Positions 9,730 to 20,965 of a DNA stretch of 64,000 nt are shown here, piece by piece. The stretch is from an uncultured delta proteobacterium. Its GTDB lineage: Bacteria; Myxococcota_A; Polyangia; Polyangiales; Polyangiaceae. Where the stretch lies: the NCBI GenBank assembly GCA_963782055.1, contig CAWAIF010000003.1, positions 640,001-704,000 on the forward strand, read 5' to 3'. Position numbers and translations under genes: made by a program. The first letter of the stretch is position 1, and each line of letters begins with the position of its first letter. Below the pieces are notes generated by a model that ran no database searches, was not told the DNA's origin, and saw only the letters and a list, made by a program, of their open reading frames with translations.

Positions 9730-10760
9730 CGCGGAAGGCGATCCTCCCGAGAAAGGCGCGCGGGCCGGGGCGCCCGGAGGGCCGCTTCACGCAGCACCGC
9801 CGCATCGAGGGCATGCGCGAGCTGCTCGAGACGCACCCCGGCGGGGTGACCATCGAGGACCTCGCCAACGTGATGCGCGTGCACCCGCGCTCGGTGCGCC
9901 GCTACCTCTCCAGCCTGCGCGAACAGCTCGACCTCGAGCCGGTGCCGACGCAGCCCGGCGGGCCGAACCTCTGGCGCGTGAAGCCGGCGGAGCGCGGCCG
10001 CGCGGTGGCCCTGCGGCGCACGCAGGCGTACCTGCTGCTCGCCGCGCGCGCGGCGTTCGAGCCCCTGCGCGGCTCGGCGCTCTTCGACGAGCTGGACGTG
10101 GCGCACCGCCTGCTGCTCCAGCTCGCGCAGCGGCCGGTGCGCTCCGCGCAGACGGGCGACATACCGTCCGACGCGCGGCTGGAGGAGCGGCTCGTCGTGG
10201 CGTCGCCGCCGGCGACCTCCAGCGCGCCGAAGGGCGCGGAGATCGACGAGTTCTTCCGGGCGGTGGCCGAGCTGCGTACGCTCGCGTGCACCTCCGCGGG
10301 CGAACGCTTGACGTGTCATCCGTATGCGCTGGTGGTGGTGGACGGCGGGGTGGCGTGCGTCGCGCGCGACGTCCGCAGGCGCCGCGTGCGCGCCATCGCC
10401 CTGGCCGACGTGAGCGACGCGGCGGCGCAGGAAGCGCACTTCGAGCTGCCCCCCGACTTCGACGTGCAGCGCTACCTGCGCGGGCCGCTGGGCCTCGTGG
10501 TGGAGGAGGACGGACGGCGGGCGCTCATCGAGTTCGACGCGCAGGCGGCGGCGTCGGTGCGCGCGCGCAAGGTGCACCCCGCCCAGCGCGTCGCGGTGTC
10601 GCGCGACGGCCGGGTGCGCCTGTCCTTCCCGGTGGGCGACCTGGAGGCGCTGGCGAGCTGGGTGCTCGGCTTCGGCGAGCACGCGCGGGCGGTGGAGCCG
10701 CCGGACCTGGTCGCGCGGGTGCGCGAGCGCCTCGGCGCGGCGCTCGCCAAGTACCGCTAG
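9726..10760 (+). CDS. HTH-WYL-WCX (PafB/PafC-like) transcriptional regulator
   Basis: N-terminal wHTH (TIEDLA..VHPRSVRRYL), HPYALV WYL region, WCX tail SWVLGFGEHARAVEPPDL; GTGA overlap with upstream stop. Confidence 0.85.
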   Translation: MTRKAILPRKARGPGRPEGRFTQHRRIEGMRELLETHPGGVTIEDLANVMRVHPRSVRRYLSSLREQLDLEPVPTQPGGPNLWRVKPAERGRAVALRRTQAYLLLAARAAFEPLRGSALFDELDVAHRLLLQLAQRPVRSAQTGDIPSDARLEERLVVASPPATSSAPKGAEIDEFFRAVAELRTLACTSAGERLTCHPYALVVVDGGVACVARDVRRRRVRAIALADVSDAAAQEAHFELPPDFDVQRYLRGPLGLVVEEDGRRALIEFDAQAAASVRARKVHPAQRVAVSRDGRVRLSFPVGDLEALASWVLGFGEHARAVEPPDLVARVRERLGAALAKYR

Positions 10761-10874
10761 CGCGCGCTGCACGTGACCGCGGCGAGCTTCGGCGCGGGCC
10801 CACCGGCCGGCGGGAGGGAGCCGCCCGGCTGGGCTGAGATTGCAAGCGTTTGTCCCCTGTGGGAGAAGTCCCCC

Positions 10875-12266
10875 ATGGCCACGCTTCCCGTCGTCCAGCC
10901 CAGCTCGAGCGAGCCCATCCTCCCGAAGAAGCCGCCCGTCGACCCGTCGACGCTGGTGCACAAACAGCTCCGGGACGGCCCCTTCTGGCAGCGGCTCCCC
11001 GCCTACAAGGACGTGAGCGAGGAGCAGTTCCTCGACCACACCTGGCAGGCCAAGCACACCATCACCAACGTCTCGAAGCTGCTGAAGGCGGTCGAGGGTC
11101 TGGTCTCGCCGGCGTTCATCGCCGACGCGGAGGCGGGCTTCCACAAGGCGCCGATGAGCGTGCGCGTCAGCCCCTACCTCCTCTCCCTCATCGACTGGGA
11201 GCACCCCTACCAGGACCCGCTCCGCATCCAGTTCATCCCGCTCGGCTCGCGCCTGCGGCCGGACCACCCCAAGCTCAACCTGGACTCGCTCAACGAGCAG
11301 GGAGACGCCCCGGTCGCGGGCCTCACGCACCGCTACCCGGACAAGGCGCTCTTTCTCCCGCTGGACACCTGCCCGGTCTACTGCCGCTTCTGCACGCGCA
11401 GCTACGCCGTCGGCATCGACACCGACGAGGTGGAGAAGGTCAAGCTGCGCGTCAACGAGGAGCGCTGGCAGCGCGCCTACCAGTACATCGCGTCGCGCCC
11501 CGAGCTGGAGGACATCGTCATCTCCGGGGGCGACGCCTATCAGCTCCGCGCCACGCAGCTCGAGGAGATCGGCAACGCGCTCCTGGCGATGCCCAACGTC
11601 CGCCGCATGCGCTTCGCCACCAAGGGCCCCGCGGTGATGCCGATGAAGCTGCTCACCGACGACGCCTGGGTGGACGCGCTCACGCGGGTGGTGGAGAGGG
11701 GCCGCAAGCTCCACAAGGAGGTGGTGCTCCACACGCACTTCAACCACCCCAAGGAGATCACCTCGATCACCCAGCGCGCGATGAACCGGCTCATGGAGCG
11801 CGGCGTCTTCGTGCGCAACCAGTCGGTGTTGCAGCGGCAAGTCAACGACACGCCGGAGGTGATGACGCTGCTGGTGAAGCGCCTCGGCCACGTCAACGTG
11901 CACCCGTACTACGTGTACGTGCACGATCTGGTGAAGGGCGTGGAGGATCTTCGCACGACGCTGGACACCGCGCTCTACCTGGAGAAGCACGTGCGCGGGT
12001 CGACGGCGGGCTTCAACACGCCGGTCTTCGTGGTGGACGCGCCGGGCGGCGGCGGCAAGCGCGACGCGCACTCCTACGAGTATTACGACCGGGAGACGGG
12101 CATCAGCGTGTTCACCGCCCCGTCGGTCAAGCCGGGGCAGTACTTCCTGTACTACGATCCCCTCGAGCACCTGAGCGAGGCGGCGCGCCGACGCTGGGCC
12201 GAGCCGCGCGAGCACGACATCATGATCAACGTGGCGCTGCAGCGGGCGAAGGAGCGGACGCGCTAG
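10875..12266 (+). CDS. KamA family radical SAM aminomutase (lysine 2,3-aminomutase/EpmB-like)
   Basis: THRYPDK, CPVYCRFCTR (CxxxCxxC), ISGGD, HFNHPKE, NQSVL, DAPGGGGK (PLP lysine). Confidence 0.92.
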   Translation: MATLPVVQPSSSEPILPKKPPVDPSTLVHKQLRDGPFWQRLPAYKDVSEEQFLDHTWQAKHTITNVSKLLKAVEGLVSPAFIADAEAGFHKAPMSVRVSPYLLSLIDWEHPYQDPLRIQFIPLGSRLRPDHPKLNLDSLNEQGDAPVAGLTHRYPDKALFLPLDTCPVYCRFCTRSYAVGIDTDEVEKVKLRVNEERWQRAYQYIASRPELEDIVISGGDAYQLRATQLEEIGNALLAMPNVRRMRFATKGPAVMPMKLLTDDAWVDALTRVVERGRKLHKEVVLHTHFNHPKEITSITQRAMNRLMERGVFVRNQSVLQRQVNDTPEVMTLLVKRLGHVNVHPYYVYVHDLVKGVEDLRTTLDTALYLEKHVRGSTAGFNTPVFVVDAPGGGGKRDAHSYEYYDRETGISVFTAPSVKPGQYFLYYDPLEHLSEAARRRWAEPREHDIMINVALQRAKERTR

Positions 12267-12468
12267 CCGCCGGCGCCGCGCCCGCCGCCGAAGCGGACGC
12301 GCTCGCCGAAGCCGACGGGGCGCCGGCCTCCGCCCGCTCGGCGTCCTGCCGGTTGATCTCCTGCTGCACGCGCCCGGCGTACTTCACGCGGTACCACGCG
12401 TTGACCGTCACGATGGCGAGGATGAAGACGACGAAGACGCCAATCTCGAGCCGCGAGAACTTCGGCAT
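12226..12468 (-). CDS. Small single-pass membrane protein
   Basis: ATG directly abuts the upstream TAG; one TM helix and an Ala/Ser tail; overlaps the 3' end of the KamA gene by 41 bp. Confidence 0.55.
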   Translation of the reverse strand: MPKFSRLEIGVFVVFILAIVTVNAWYRVKYAGRVQQEINRQDAERAEAGAPSASASASASAAGAAPAASASAPSPAAAPR

Positions 12469-13311
12469 CTAGAACGCGTAGGCCAGGGCCAGGCGCCCGA
12501 CCAGGCGCGGTGACTGGTAGGACAGGCCGACGGCGGGGCCGAAGTCGATGAAGAGGCGTCGCTGCAGAAGCTCCAGCGACGCGGTGGGGCCGATGAAGTG
12601 GCGGGCGCCGCCCTCGGCATCGTCCCCGGTGCCGATCTCCTCCAGGTCCTGCCCGACGTACTCCAGCCCGAGCCGCACCGGACCCGCGAGGCGGTAGCTC
12701 GCACCCAGCATGACGAGCAGGTCCACCGCGTCGCGGTCCTCGGCGAAGACGTGCTCACCGTGGAGCGTGCCGGCGAGGCGCACCGGGCCGGCGTCGTAGG
12801 TGGCGGCGACCCGCGCGAACATCCCGCTCGCCTCGGTGCGGTCGAGCAGGTAGCCCCCGCCGAGCACCAGGCGGAAGTGGTGGCGCGCGGCGGCGAAGGG
12901 GGCGAAGCGCACGCCCGCCGTCATGCCGCCCTCCAGCGCGTCACCGAAGCCGATGACGCCCGTCGCGCCGACGGAGAGCATCGGCAGCAGGCCCACCTCC
13001 GCGTTCACCTCGCCCAGGCCGCCGACCGCGGCCGCGCACGTCGCGTCCCCTTGGTGACAGTTGGGGGCCACGTTGGAGGAGAAGGGCCGCGTCACGCTGC
13101 GCTCGCCGGCGTTGGAGAGCGTCAGCTCCGACCCCACCACCGCCTGCCACTGACCGGGGATGGTCGCGTCGTCGGTGTAGAGCCACGGCCGCTCCACCGT
13201 CCGCGGCGGCGGGGCCTTTCCGTCGTCGACGACGTCGCGCTGCTGCGCCAGCGCGCCTCCGGCCAGAAACGTCGTCATGCAGGCGGCGAGGAGCGAGGGG
13301 AGGGTGCGCAT
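12469..13311 (-). CDS. Putative outer-membrane beta-barrel protein
   Basis: Sec signal (GALA-QQ), amphipathic beta strands, C-terminal LALAYAF beta-signal. Confidence 0.7.
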   Translation of the reverse strand: MRTLPSLLAACMTTFLAGGALAQQRDVVDDGKAPPPRTVERPWLYTDDATIPGQWQAVVGSELTLSNAGERSVTRPFSSNVAPNCHQGDATCAAAVGGLGEVNAEVGLLPMLSVGATGVIGFGDALEGGMTAGVRFAPFAAARHHFRLVLGGGYLLDRTEASGMFARVAATYDAGPVRLAGTLHGEHVFAEDRDAVDLLVMLGASYRLAGPVRLGLEYVGQDLEEIGTGDDAEGGARHFIGPTASLELLQRRLFIDFGPAVGLSYQSPRLVGRLALAYAF

Positions 13312-13394
13312 GGGCGGCCAGAGTCTACGCGAAATCGCGGCCGGACCACAGGCGCCTCGTCCCCCGCCTCGGCCTTGAACTAGGATGCTGATCG

Positions 13395-14648
13395 ATGATG
13401 CCCCAGGGGGTCACGTCCTCGAACACGCTGGTCGGCGCGATCCTCTCGCGCCGGTACCGGTTGCTCTCGCCGCTCGGCGAGGGGGGCATGGGCCTCGTCT
13501 ACGCGGCGGAGTCCCTCGCCGACGGCCGGCGCGTCGCGATCAAGATCCTGCGGCCGGAGTTCCTGGGCGAGACGCAGGTGCGGGCGCGCTTCGTGGACGA
13601 GGCGCGCACCTGCATGCGCCTGAGCCACCCCAACATCCTGCGCGTGTTCGAGGTGGCCGAGGCCGAGGACGGCAGCCCCTACTTCGTGATGGAGCTGCTG
13701 GAGGGCGCGCCGCTCAACGCCTACATGCAGCCGGGCCATCGCCTCCCCGTCCCTCAGGCCGTCGCCGTCATGCAGGGCGTGCTCTCCGGCCTCGCCGCGG
13801 CGCACGCCCAGGGCGTGGTGCATCGCGACCTGAAGCCGGAGAACGTCTTCCTGGTGCGCGACCCCTCCGGTCAATCGCACGCCAAGCTCCTGGACTTCGG
13901 CATCGCCAAGGTGATGGACGTCGCCGGCGGGATGGGTGGCAAGACGCGCACCGGGATGCTCCTCGGCACGCCCGGGTACATGAGCCCGGAGCAGATCCGC
14001 AGCTCGCGCGACACCGACGCGCGCAGCAATCTCTGGAGCGTCGGCGTGCTCCTCTACGAGATGATCACCGGGCGACAGGCGTTCGTCGCGCCGACGGAGT
14101 TCGCGAAGCTCGCGCAGGTGCTCGGCGCCCAGCCCGAGCCCGTCGCCGCGGCGGACCCGCAGCTCGCGCCGCTCCAGCCCTTCTTCGACCGGGCCCTGCA
14201 GAAGGACCGCGCCCTGCGCTTCCAGTCCGCGCAGGAGATGAGCGCCGCCCTCGCCAGCGCGACGGGGAGCGCCGCGGCGGCCACGTCGCTCAGCCGTCCG
14301 CCTCCCTCGTCGGGTAGCTACACGCCCCCGGGCACCACCGGCGTCGTCTCCACCTCCGGTCCCACCCTCTCGTCGAGCGACGCCGTCCAGCGCATCAGCC
14401 TCCCCGCCGTCGACTCCGGTCCGGGGGGGACGCTGAGCAGCGGCGCAGGCCGCACCCCGTCGGCCCCGCCGCCGCCGCAGGTGCTCATGGTCCCGCCGGC
14501 GACGCCCAACCTGGACCCGCACTCCTTCGCCGGCCCGCGGGGCGAGACGAAGCGCGCCGGCGTGGCCCCGGCCGTGGTCGCGCTGCTCGTCCTGCTCGCC
14601 CTTGGCGCCGGCTTCCTGCTCGGCTTCGCCGTCGGGCGGATCGCTTGA
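13395..14648 (+). CDS. Membrane-anchored Ser/Thr protein kinase
   Basis: GEGGMG, VAIK, HRDLKPEN, DFG, YMSPE; C-terminal TM helix. Confidence 0.93.
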   Translation: MMPQGVTSSNTLVGAILSRRYRLLSPLGEGGMGLVYAAESLADGRRVAIKILRPEFLGETQVRARFVDEARTCMRLSHPNILRVFEVAEAEDGSPYFVMELLEGAPLNAYMQPGHRLPVPQAVAVMQGVLSGLAAAHAQGVVHRDLKPENVFLVRDPSGQSHAKLLDFGIAKVMDVAGGMGGKTRTGMLLGTPGYMSPEQIRSSRDTDARSNLWSVGVLLYEMITGRQAFVAPTEFAKLAQVLGAQPEPVAAADPQLAPLQPFFDRALQKDRALRFQSAQEMSAALASATGSAAAATSLSRPPPSSGSYTPPGTTGVVSTSGPTLSSSDAVQRISLPAVDSGPGGTLSSGAGRTPSAPPPPQVLMVPPATPNLDPHSFAGPRGETKRAGVAPAVVALLVLLALGAGFLLGFAVGRIA

Positions 14649-14686
14649 TAGGGTGTGAATGACGAGGGTGGGCGTACATTGACTCG

Positions 14687-15592
14687 ATGACCCGGCGCGC
14701 GCTGCTCGTCTTCATCGACGGTATCGGCTACGGCGCGCGTGGCCCGCAGAACCCCTTCGACGGCGCGCCGGTCTCCGTCCTGGCGCCGCTAGGTGGCGGC
14801 GCGGGGCACCCCGGCGTCGTCTACGGAGCGCTCGACGCGAGCCTCGGGCACCCCGGGTTGCCGCAGAGCGCCACCGGCCAGGCGATCCTCTTCACCGGCG
14901 ACGACGCGATCGCGCTCGCCGGAGGCCACTGGAGCGGCAACCCGACCCCGCGCATCGCCTCGCTCGTCGCGCGGCGGAGCATCCTCGCGCGCGCGCGCGA
15001 GCGTGGGGGGACCTCCGCCTTCCTCAACGCCTACGACGCGCGCCGCGTCGCGCACGTCACGCGCGTCGTGCGGGGCGAGGAGCGCGCCAACCGGCGGCAT
15101 CCGCCCTCGGCATCCAGCTGGGCTGCGCTGGCCGGCGGCGGCGCGCTGCGCACCTTCGACGACGTGCGCGCCGGGCGCGCGGCCACCTTCGACCTCACCG
15201 GCGAGCTGCTCGGCCACTTCGGTGTCGACGCGCCGCGCGTGACCATCGCCGGCGCCGCGGCCGCCGTCGCGAGGGGCGCGGCGGAGGTGGACCTGGCCCT
15301 CTTCGAGCTCTTCCTGACCGACAAGGCGGGGCACGCCCAGGACGTGGGCTGGGCGCGGCACGAGCTCTTCCGGACCGACCTCTTCCTGCGCGAGCTGCTG
15401 CGGGCTGTCGAGCCGCTCGAGCAGCTCGTCGTGGTCACCAGCGACCACGGCAACCTGGAGGACCTCTCGACGCGGAGCCACACCCGCAACCCGGTGCCGC
15501 TCGCCGCGTTCGGCCGGGACGCCGCGGATTTCGTCGCCGGCGCCACCAGCCTGCTCGACGTCGCGCCACGGCTTCTCGCCCACTCCGCGTGA
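14687..15592 (+). CDS. Alkaline-phosphatase-superfamily metalloenzyme (phosphoglycerate mutase/phosphopentomutase-like)
   Basis: FIDGIG, PQSATGQ, TDKAGH, TSDHGN and SHT metal/nucleophile motifs. Confidence 0.8.
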   Translation: MTRRALLVFIDGIGYGARGPQNPFDGAPVSVLAPLGGGAGHPGVVYGALDASLGHPGLPQSATGQAILFTGDDAIALAGGHWSGNPTPRIASLVARRSILARARERGGTSAFLNAYDARRVAHVTRVVRGEERANRRHPPSASSWAALAGGGALRTFDDVRAGRAATFDLTGELLGHFGVDAPRVTIAGAAAAVARGAAEVDLALFELFLTDKAGHAQDVGWARHELFRTDLFLRELLRAVEPLEQLVVVTSDHGNLEDLSTRSHTRNPVPLAAFGRDAADFVAGATSLLDVAPRLLAHSA

Positions 15593-15699
15593 GGGCGCGC
15601 CCGCGCCTGGCCAGGATCCTCTGCCGGACGGTCATGTGGGGGCGCCTGCCCTGATGGCCGTTGCTGCCCCGCGTGTTTGCTTGCTACCTTGACCAGGCC

Positions 15700-16236
15700 A
15701 TGAGTGACGCGATCGACCCGAAGTACCTCGAGATCTTCCCTGCCTGGCTGCGCTCTCTCGGCGAAGACGCCGGCGCGCTGGGTACCATCGTGGCCAGCGA
15801 CGCGTCGGAGGGCGTGCGGCGCCACGTCATCGCCGGGCTCAACTACATCTTCAAGTCGCTCGACCTCATCCCCGACGGCATCGACGATCTCGGCTTCCTG
15901 GACGACGCCTTCGTCCTGCGCGTGGCCGCGTCGCTCGCCGTCGCGGAGGACGCCGCCGCCAAGACCGGCCGCCTGGAGGAGCTGGCGCTGGACGCCGCGC
16001 AGCTCAAGGAGTTCCTCGGTGCCGACTACGATCGCCTGGAGACGTACGTGAAGGGGCTCGGCAAGGGCGCCGCGCGCGGCCGCACCGTCGACGACATCAT
16101 CGGCGACGAGGCGCAGCGCACGGAGTTCACGCACGAGGTCGCCGCCTGGGCGAAGGACTACCAGGCCCCCACCTTCACCCGCGACGTCAAGACGCTGCTG
16201 AAGCTCAAGGCGTTCCTGAGCGCCAAGCTGCCCTGA
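15700..16236 (+). CDS. YkvA/DUF1232 family protein
   Basis: YIFKSLDLIPD..LGFLDDA signature. Confidence 0.8.
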   Translation: MSDAIDPKYLEIFPAWLRSLGEDAGALGTIVASDASEGVRRHVIAGLNYIFKSLDLIPDGIDDLGFLDDAFVLRVAASLAVAEDAAAKTGRLEELALDAAQLKEFLGADYDRLETYVKGLGKGAARGRTVDDIIGDEAQRTEFTHEVAAWAKDYQAPTFTRDVKTLLKLKAFLSAKLP

Positions 16237-16327
16237 GAGGATGTGAGCTTCGCTCACATCCCTCTCAGTGATGTCTCAATTGCGCGGGGCTCCTCCCCAC
16301 GCAGGCCCTCCGCTGACGCGTCGGGCG
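16233..16327 (+). repeat. Diverged single copy of the palindromic repeat family (hairpin A, remnant of C, tail D)
   Basis: CTGAGAGGATGTGAGC-TTC-GCTCACATCCCTCTCAG...CCTCCCCACGCAGGCCCTCCGCTGACGCGTCGGGC aligns to the unit at 59663. Confidence 0.85.
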
Positions 16328-16382
16328 TCGGGCGTCGGGCGTGGCATCACGGAGCAAGACGGGCGAGCGGCGGCGTCGCTCG

Positions 16383-18107
<1,725 letters not shown>

Positions 18108-18163
18108 CGGTCAGCTTTGCAGCGTACCAGAAGAAGTGGAGGTCGGGAGGCTTCGCGATGCGT

Positions 18164-18928
18164 TCAGAACGCCACCCTGACGACCGGCAGCCGGAGCTCG
18201 GGTGTGCGCACCACACCGAACTCCTTGGCCTGGCGCAGCGTGTAGTCGAAGTGCACTTCCGGAACGGGGACGCCCAGGCGGAAGGTGCCCTCGTGCACGT
18301 CGAAGAGGGACAGCGGGATGTAGGGGGGCGCGCCGCCGCCGCCGCCGCCAGTCGTCGGGGCAGGTGCGGGCGCGGGCGTTCCGCCGCCGGTGTCCCCGCC
18401 GGTGGTCGCGCCCCCGGTGGTCGCGCCGCCGGTGGTCGATGCGCCGCCGGTACCGGTGGCGGCCGAGCCGCCGCCCTGCACGACGCTCCCGCCCGGAGTG
18501 CCCGGGTTGGCTTCGGGCGCGTTCGTCGGCGCGTGGTCTTCCGTCGCGCCGGCCTCGGGGTGGTACCGGGTGGCGTTGAGCATCACGACGATGGCCGGGA
18601 TGAGCAGGATCATGCCGCCCGCGAGCATGAACGCCGAGCCGTACGCGTTGGTCCCCGAGCTGTCGTAGGCCTGGTCCATGAAGAAGCCGCCGATGCCGCC
18701 GCCCACCGCTCCGAGGCCAGGGAACAGGGCGTACGCCCAGCCGGCCTTGACGCCGGCGAGGCCCATCGGAATGGTCACGACCTCGGCGCCGAGGAGCGCG
18801 CCGCCGACGATCGCCTTCGGCGTGCCCTGGATCTCGTCGGCCCGCGCGGATGGCGCGTAGGCGACGAGGGCTCCGAGGGTGAAGCTCGCGGTGGTGATGC
18901 CGGTTGCGACGCGCTTGGACAGTCTCAT
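18164..18928 (-). CDS. Hypothetical secreted/membrane protein with Gly/Thr-rich linker
   Basis: Signal peptide ending ARA-D; glycine-rich hydrophobic segments; GGATT repeats; GGAGAG RBS. Confidence 0.7.
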   Translation of the reverse strand: MRLSKRVATGITTASFTLGALVAYAPSARADEIQGTPKAIVGGALLGAEVVTIPMGLAGVKAGWAYALFPGLGAVGGGIGGFFMDQAYDSSGTNAYGSAFMLAGGMILLIPAIVVMLNATRYHPEAGATEDHAPTNAPEANPGTPGGSVVQGGGSAATGTGGASTTGGATTGGATTGGDTGGGTPAPAPAPTTGGGGGGAPPYIPLSLFDVHEGTFRLGVPVPEVHFDYTLRQAKEFGVVRTPELRLPVVRVAF

Positions 18929-19144
18929 GAGCTCTCCCGAGAAGAAGAGGCCGGTGAGGGCAGGAACCCCCACGGCACATCGGTGCGAGAAGGTAGCACG
19001 GTGTTCAAGGGGTACCGCAAGCGTGAACTCCGTGGGCCGAAAAGGGGTGGCGCGGACGGCCACGCCCGCCACGGACAGTCGCGCGCAGCGCGGAAGCTCG
19101 GTCGAGGACGAATGCGCGAACGAAGAGAAAACGGAGCGACCGCT

Positions 19145-19354
19145 CTACGCTTCCTTCTCCGTCTTCACCGCCGGCTTCGGGTCGGGCTTCGGCTCGGGCT
19201 TCTTCTCGTCTTCGTCAGCCTCCTTCAAGCCCTTCTTGAAGTTGGCGATGCCCTGACCGAGGCCCTTGCCAATGTCCGCGATGCGACCCGCCCCGAACAG
19301 AAGAAGCGCGATCAACGCGATGATCAGCAGCTCACCAGGCCCGATGTTGCCCAT
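19145..19354 (-). CDS. tatA: Twin-arginine translocase subunit TatA/E (copy 1)
   Basis: MGNIGPGELLIIALIALLLFGAGRIADIGKGLGQGIANFKKGL. Confidence 0.92.
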   Translation of the reverse strand: MGNIGPGELLIIALIALLLFGAGRIADIGKGLGQGIANFKKGLKEADEDEKKPEPKPDPKPAVKTEKEA

Positions 19355-19409
19355 GCGGGTGTGGTAGCAGCGCACTCATTCGGGGGCAAGGCCTCGAAAT
19401 GCGCGCCGC

Positions 19410-20378
19410 TCAGGCGCGAGCGCTCCACCTGCGGCGTCCCACCCTGACCGCGACGATCTGCGTCAGCCATGTCGCCCCAGCTGCGACGAGCGGGATCACC
19501 GCATACCAGCCCGCGCGGGCGTCGCCGCGCTCGAGCGCGCGCATCACCCCGAGCGCCGCCAGCGGGCCGACCGCGCCGATCACCACCGCAGCGAGGGGCC
19601 CACGGCCCAGCCGTCGGAGCATGCCCTCGGTCGCCAGAAAGGCGGCGATCATCGCGGCGCCGAGGAGCACGAGCGCGCGCAGCCAGGCCGGCGCGCCGGA
19701 GGCCTGCGCCCAGGGCGGCAGCCCGCGCAGGGTCATCTGTCGCACGCGCAGCGCGGTGTGGCCGAGCAGGAGGTCGGCCTCGCGCATGTCGATGCGCCGC
19801 ATGTCACCGGCGATGTGCGCGCCGGCGGCGCAGAACACAGCGCCGCTCATCGCGCCTGGACCGTGACCGTAAAGACGCGGCGTTCGCGCGGGCGCGCAGA
19901 GCCACGTGGCGCCCACGAAGGGCACCGCATACGTCGTCGCAGCAGGTGCCGTCGCGCAGGCGCGCTCGCCCTGGGCGATCAGGTCGTTGGCGATCCGTCC
20001 GGGCGCGGCGGCGTCGCGTCCGCCGAGCAGCGACGCGGCCACCAGCACCGCGGCGAGCGGCAGGGCGCTCCGCCAGAGCCGCAGGGTGGAGCGCGCCGGC
20101 GACTCGCCGAGGAGCGCCAGCACCCGCGCCTCGCCTCGATCGGCGAAGCGTTCGGCGGCCATCGCCCAGCCGAGGGGCCAGCCGAGCAGCACGGCGCTCT
20201 CGACCGCCACCTCGGCGATGCCGCGGGCGAAGGGCATCGCCACGCGCAGCGGGACGCCGGGCTCGAGCAGCCAGGGCAGCACCCGCACGCTTCCGGCGAG
20301 GAGCGCGGCGAGCGCGAGCGCACCGGAGAAGAGCGCCGCCGAACGGAGCGCTTCACGCTGCAGAGGGAGGCGGAGCAC
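19410..20378 (-). CDS. Integral membrane protein, distant LptF/LptG-like architecture
   Basis: 3 TM + soluble domain + 3 TM layout; RFADRGEARVLALLGES resembles the LptF/G coupling helix; start uncertain. Confidence 0.5.
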   Translation of the reverse strand: MLRLPLQREALRSAALFSGALALAALLAGSVRVLPWLLEPGVPLRVAMPFARGIAEVAVESAVLLGWPLGWAMAAERFADRGEARVLALLGESPARSTLRLWRSALPLAAVLVAASLLGGRDAAAPGRIANDLIAQGERACATAPAATTYAVPFVGATWLCAPARTPRLYGHGPGAMSGAVFCAAGAHIAGDMRRIDMREADLLLGHTALRVRQMTLRGLPPWAQASGAPAWLRALVLLGAAMIAAFLATEGMLRRLGRGPLAAVVIGAVGPLAALGVMRALERGDARAGWYAVIPLVAAGATWLTQIVAVRVGRRRWSARA

Positions 20379-20426
20379 CGCCGGCCATCGTAGCGAGGTG
20401 GCGGCGCGACGGGCAGCCTTCGAAGG

Positions 20427-20606
20427 CTAGGCCTTCCCCTCGGGCGCCTTCTCCGGCTCGTCCTCGGTCGCCTCTCGCAGGCCCTTCTTGAAGTTGCGGA
20501 TGCCCTCGCCGAGTCCCTTGCCGACGGAGGCCAGCCGTCCGGCCCCGAAGAGCAGGAGGGCGATCAGAGCAATGACGAGCAGCTCACCCGGTCCGAGATT
20601 TCCCAT
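20427..20606 (-). CDS. tatA: Twin-arginine translocase subunit TatA/E (copy 2; 59 aa, absent from the ORF track)
   Basis: Hand translation MGNLGPGELLVIALIALLLFGAGRLASVGKGLGEGIRNFKKGLREATEDEPEKAPEGKA*; purine-rich RBS AAGAAAGGT. Confidence 0.92.
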   Translation of the reverse strand: MGNLGPGELLVIALIALLLFGAGRLASVGKGLGEGIRNFKKGLREATEDEPEKAPEGKA

Positions 20607-20965
20607 GGCGACACCTTTCTTCTTCGAGCCCCTCGGTGCACGACTCGTGCCCGGGAACCCGGATCGTTAGCATGCTCGTCGTCGACCCGCCGGATGGGAG
20701 GGGCCGGCTCGCCCACCGGGCAGCCGGTCCGATCGTCAGCCGGCTAGCGATCGCGCCAAAGCCCGGGTTTTCCCACGCGAGCGGCCAGGCCCGCTTCCCG
20801 ACCGCCAGCGTGCTCGCGATCCGATGAGCCGGGCCGCAGCCGGGGCAGGGAGCCTTGCTCGCCGCCAGGACCGCCCCACCTGCGCCCATCCGAGGGGGAT
20901 CCCCCTCCATCCGCACCTGGATCCCCGGGTAGTCACCTGCCACGCGATGCGTTAGAAGGACCTTC

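Noticed and set aside
10307..10318. TTGACGTGTCAT inside the WYL gene as a promoter or matS-like site
   Set aside because: No -10 at the proper spacing, the centre spacing differs from matS, and it is a single short occurrence
1027..12266. RiPP cluster pairing the Cys-rich protein with the radical SAM enzyme
   Set aside because: The radical SAM is a PLP-dependent KamA type without SPASM/RRE, lies ~9 kb away, and the Cys-rich protein is exported
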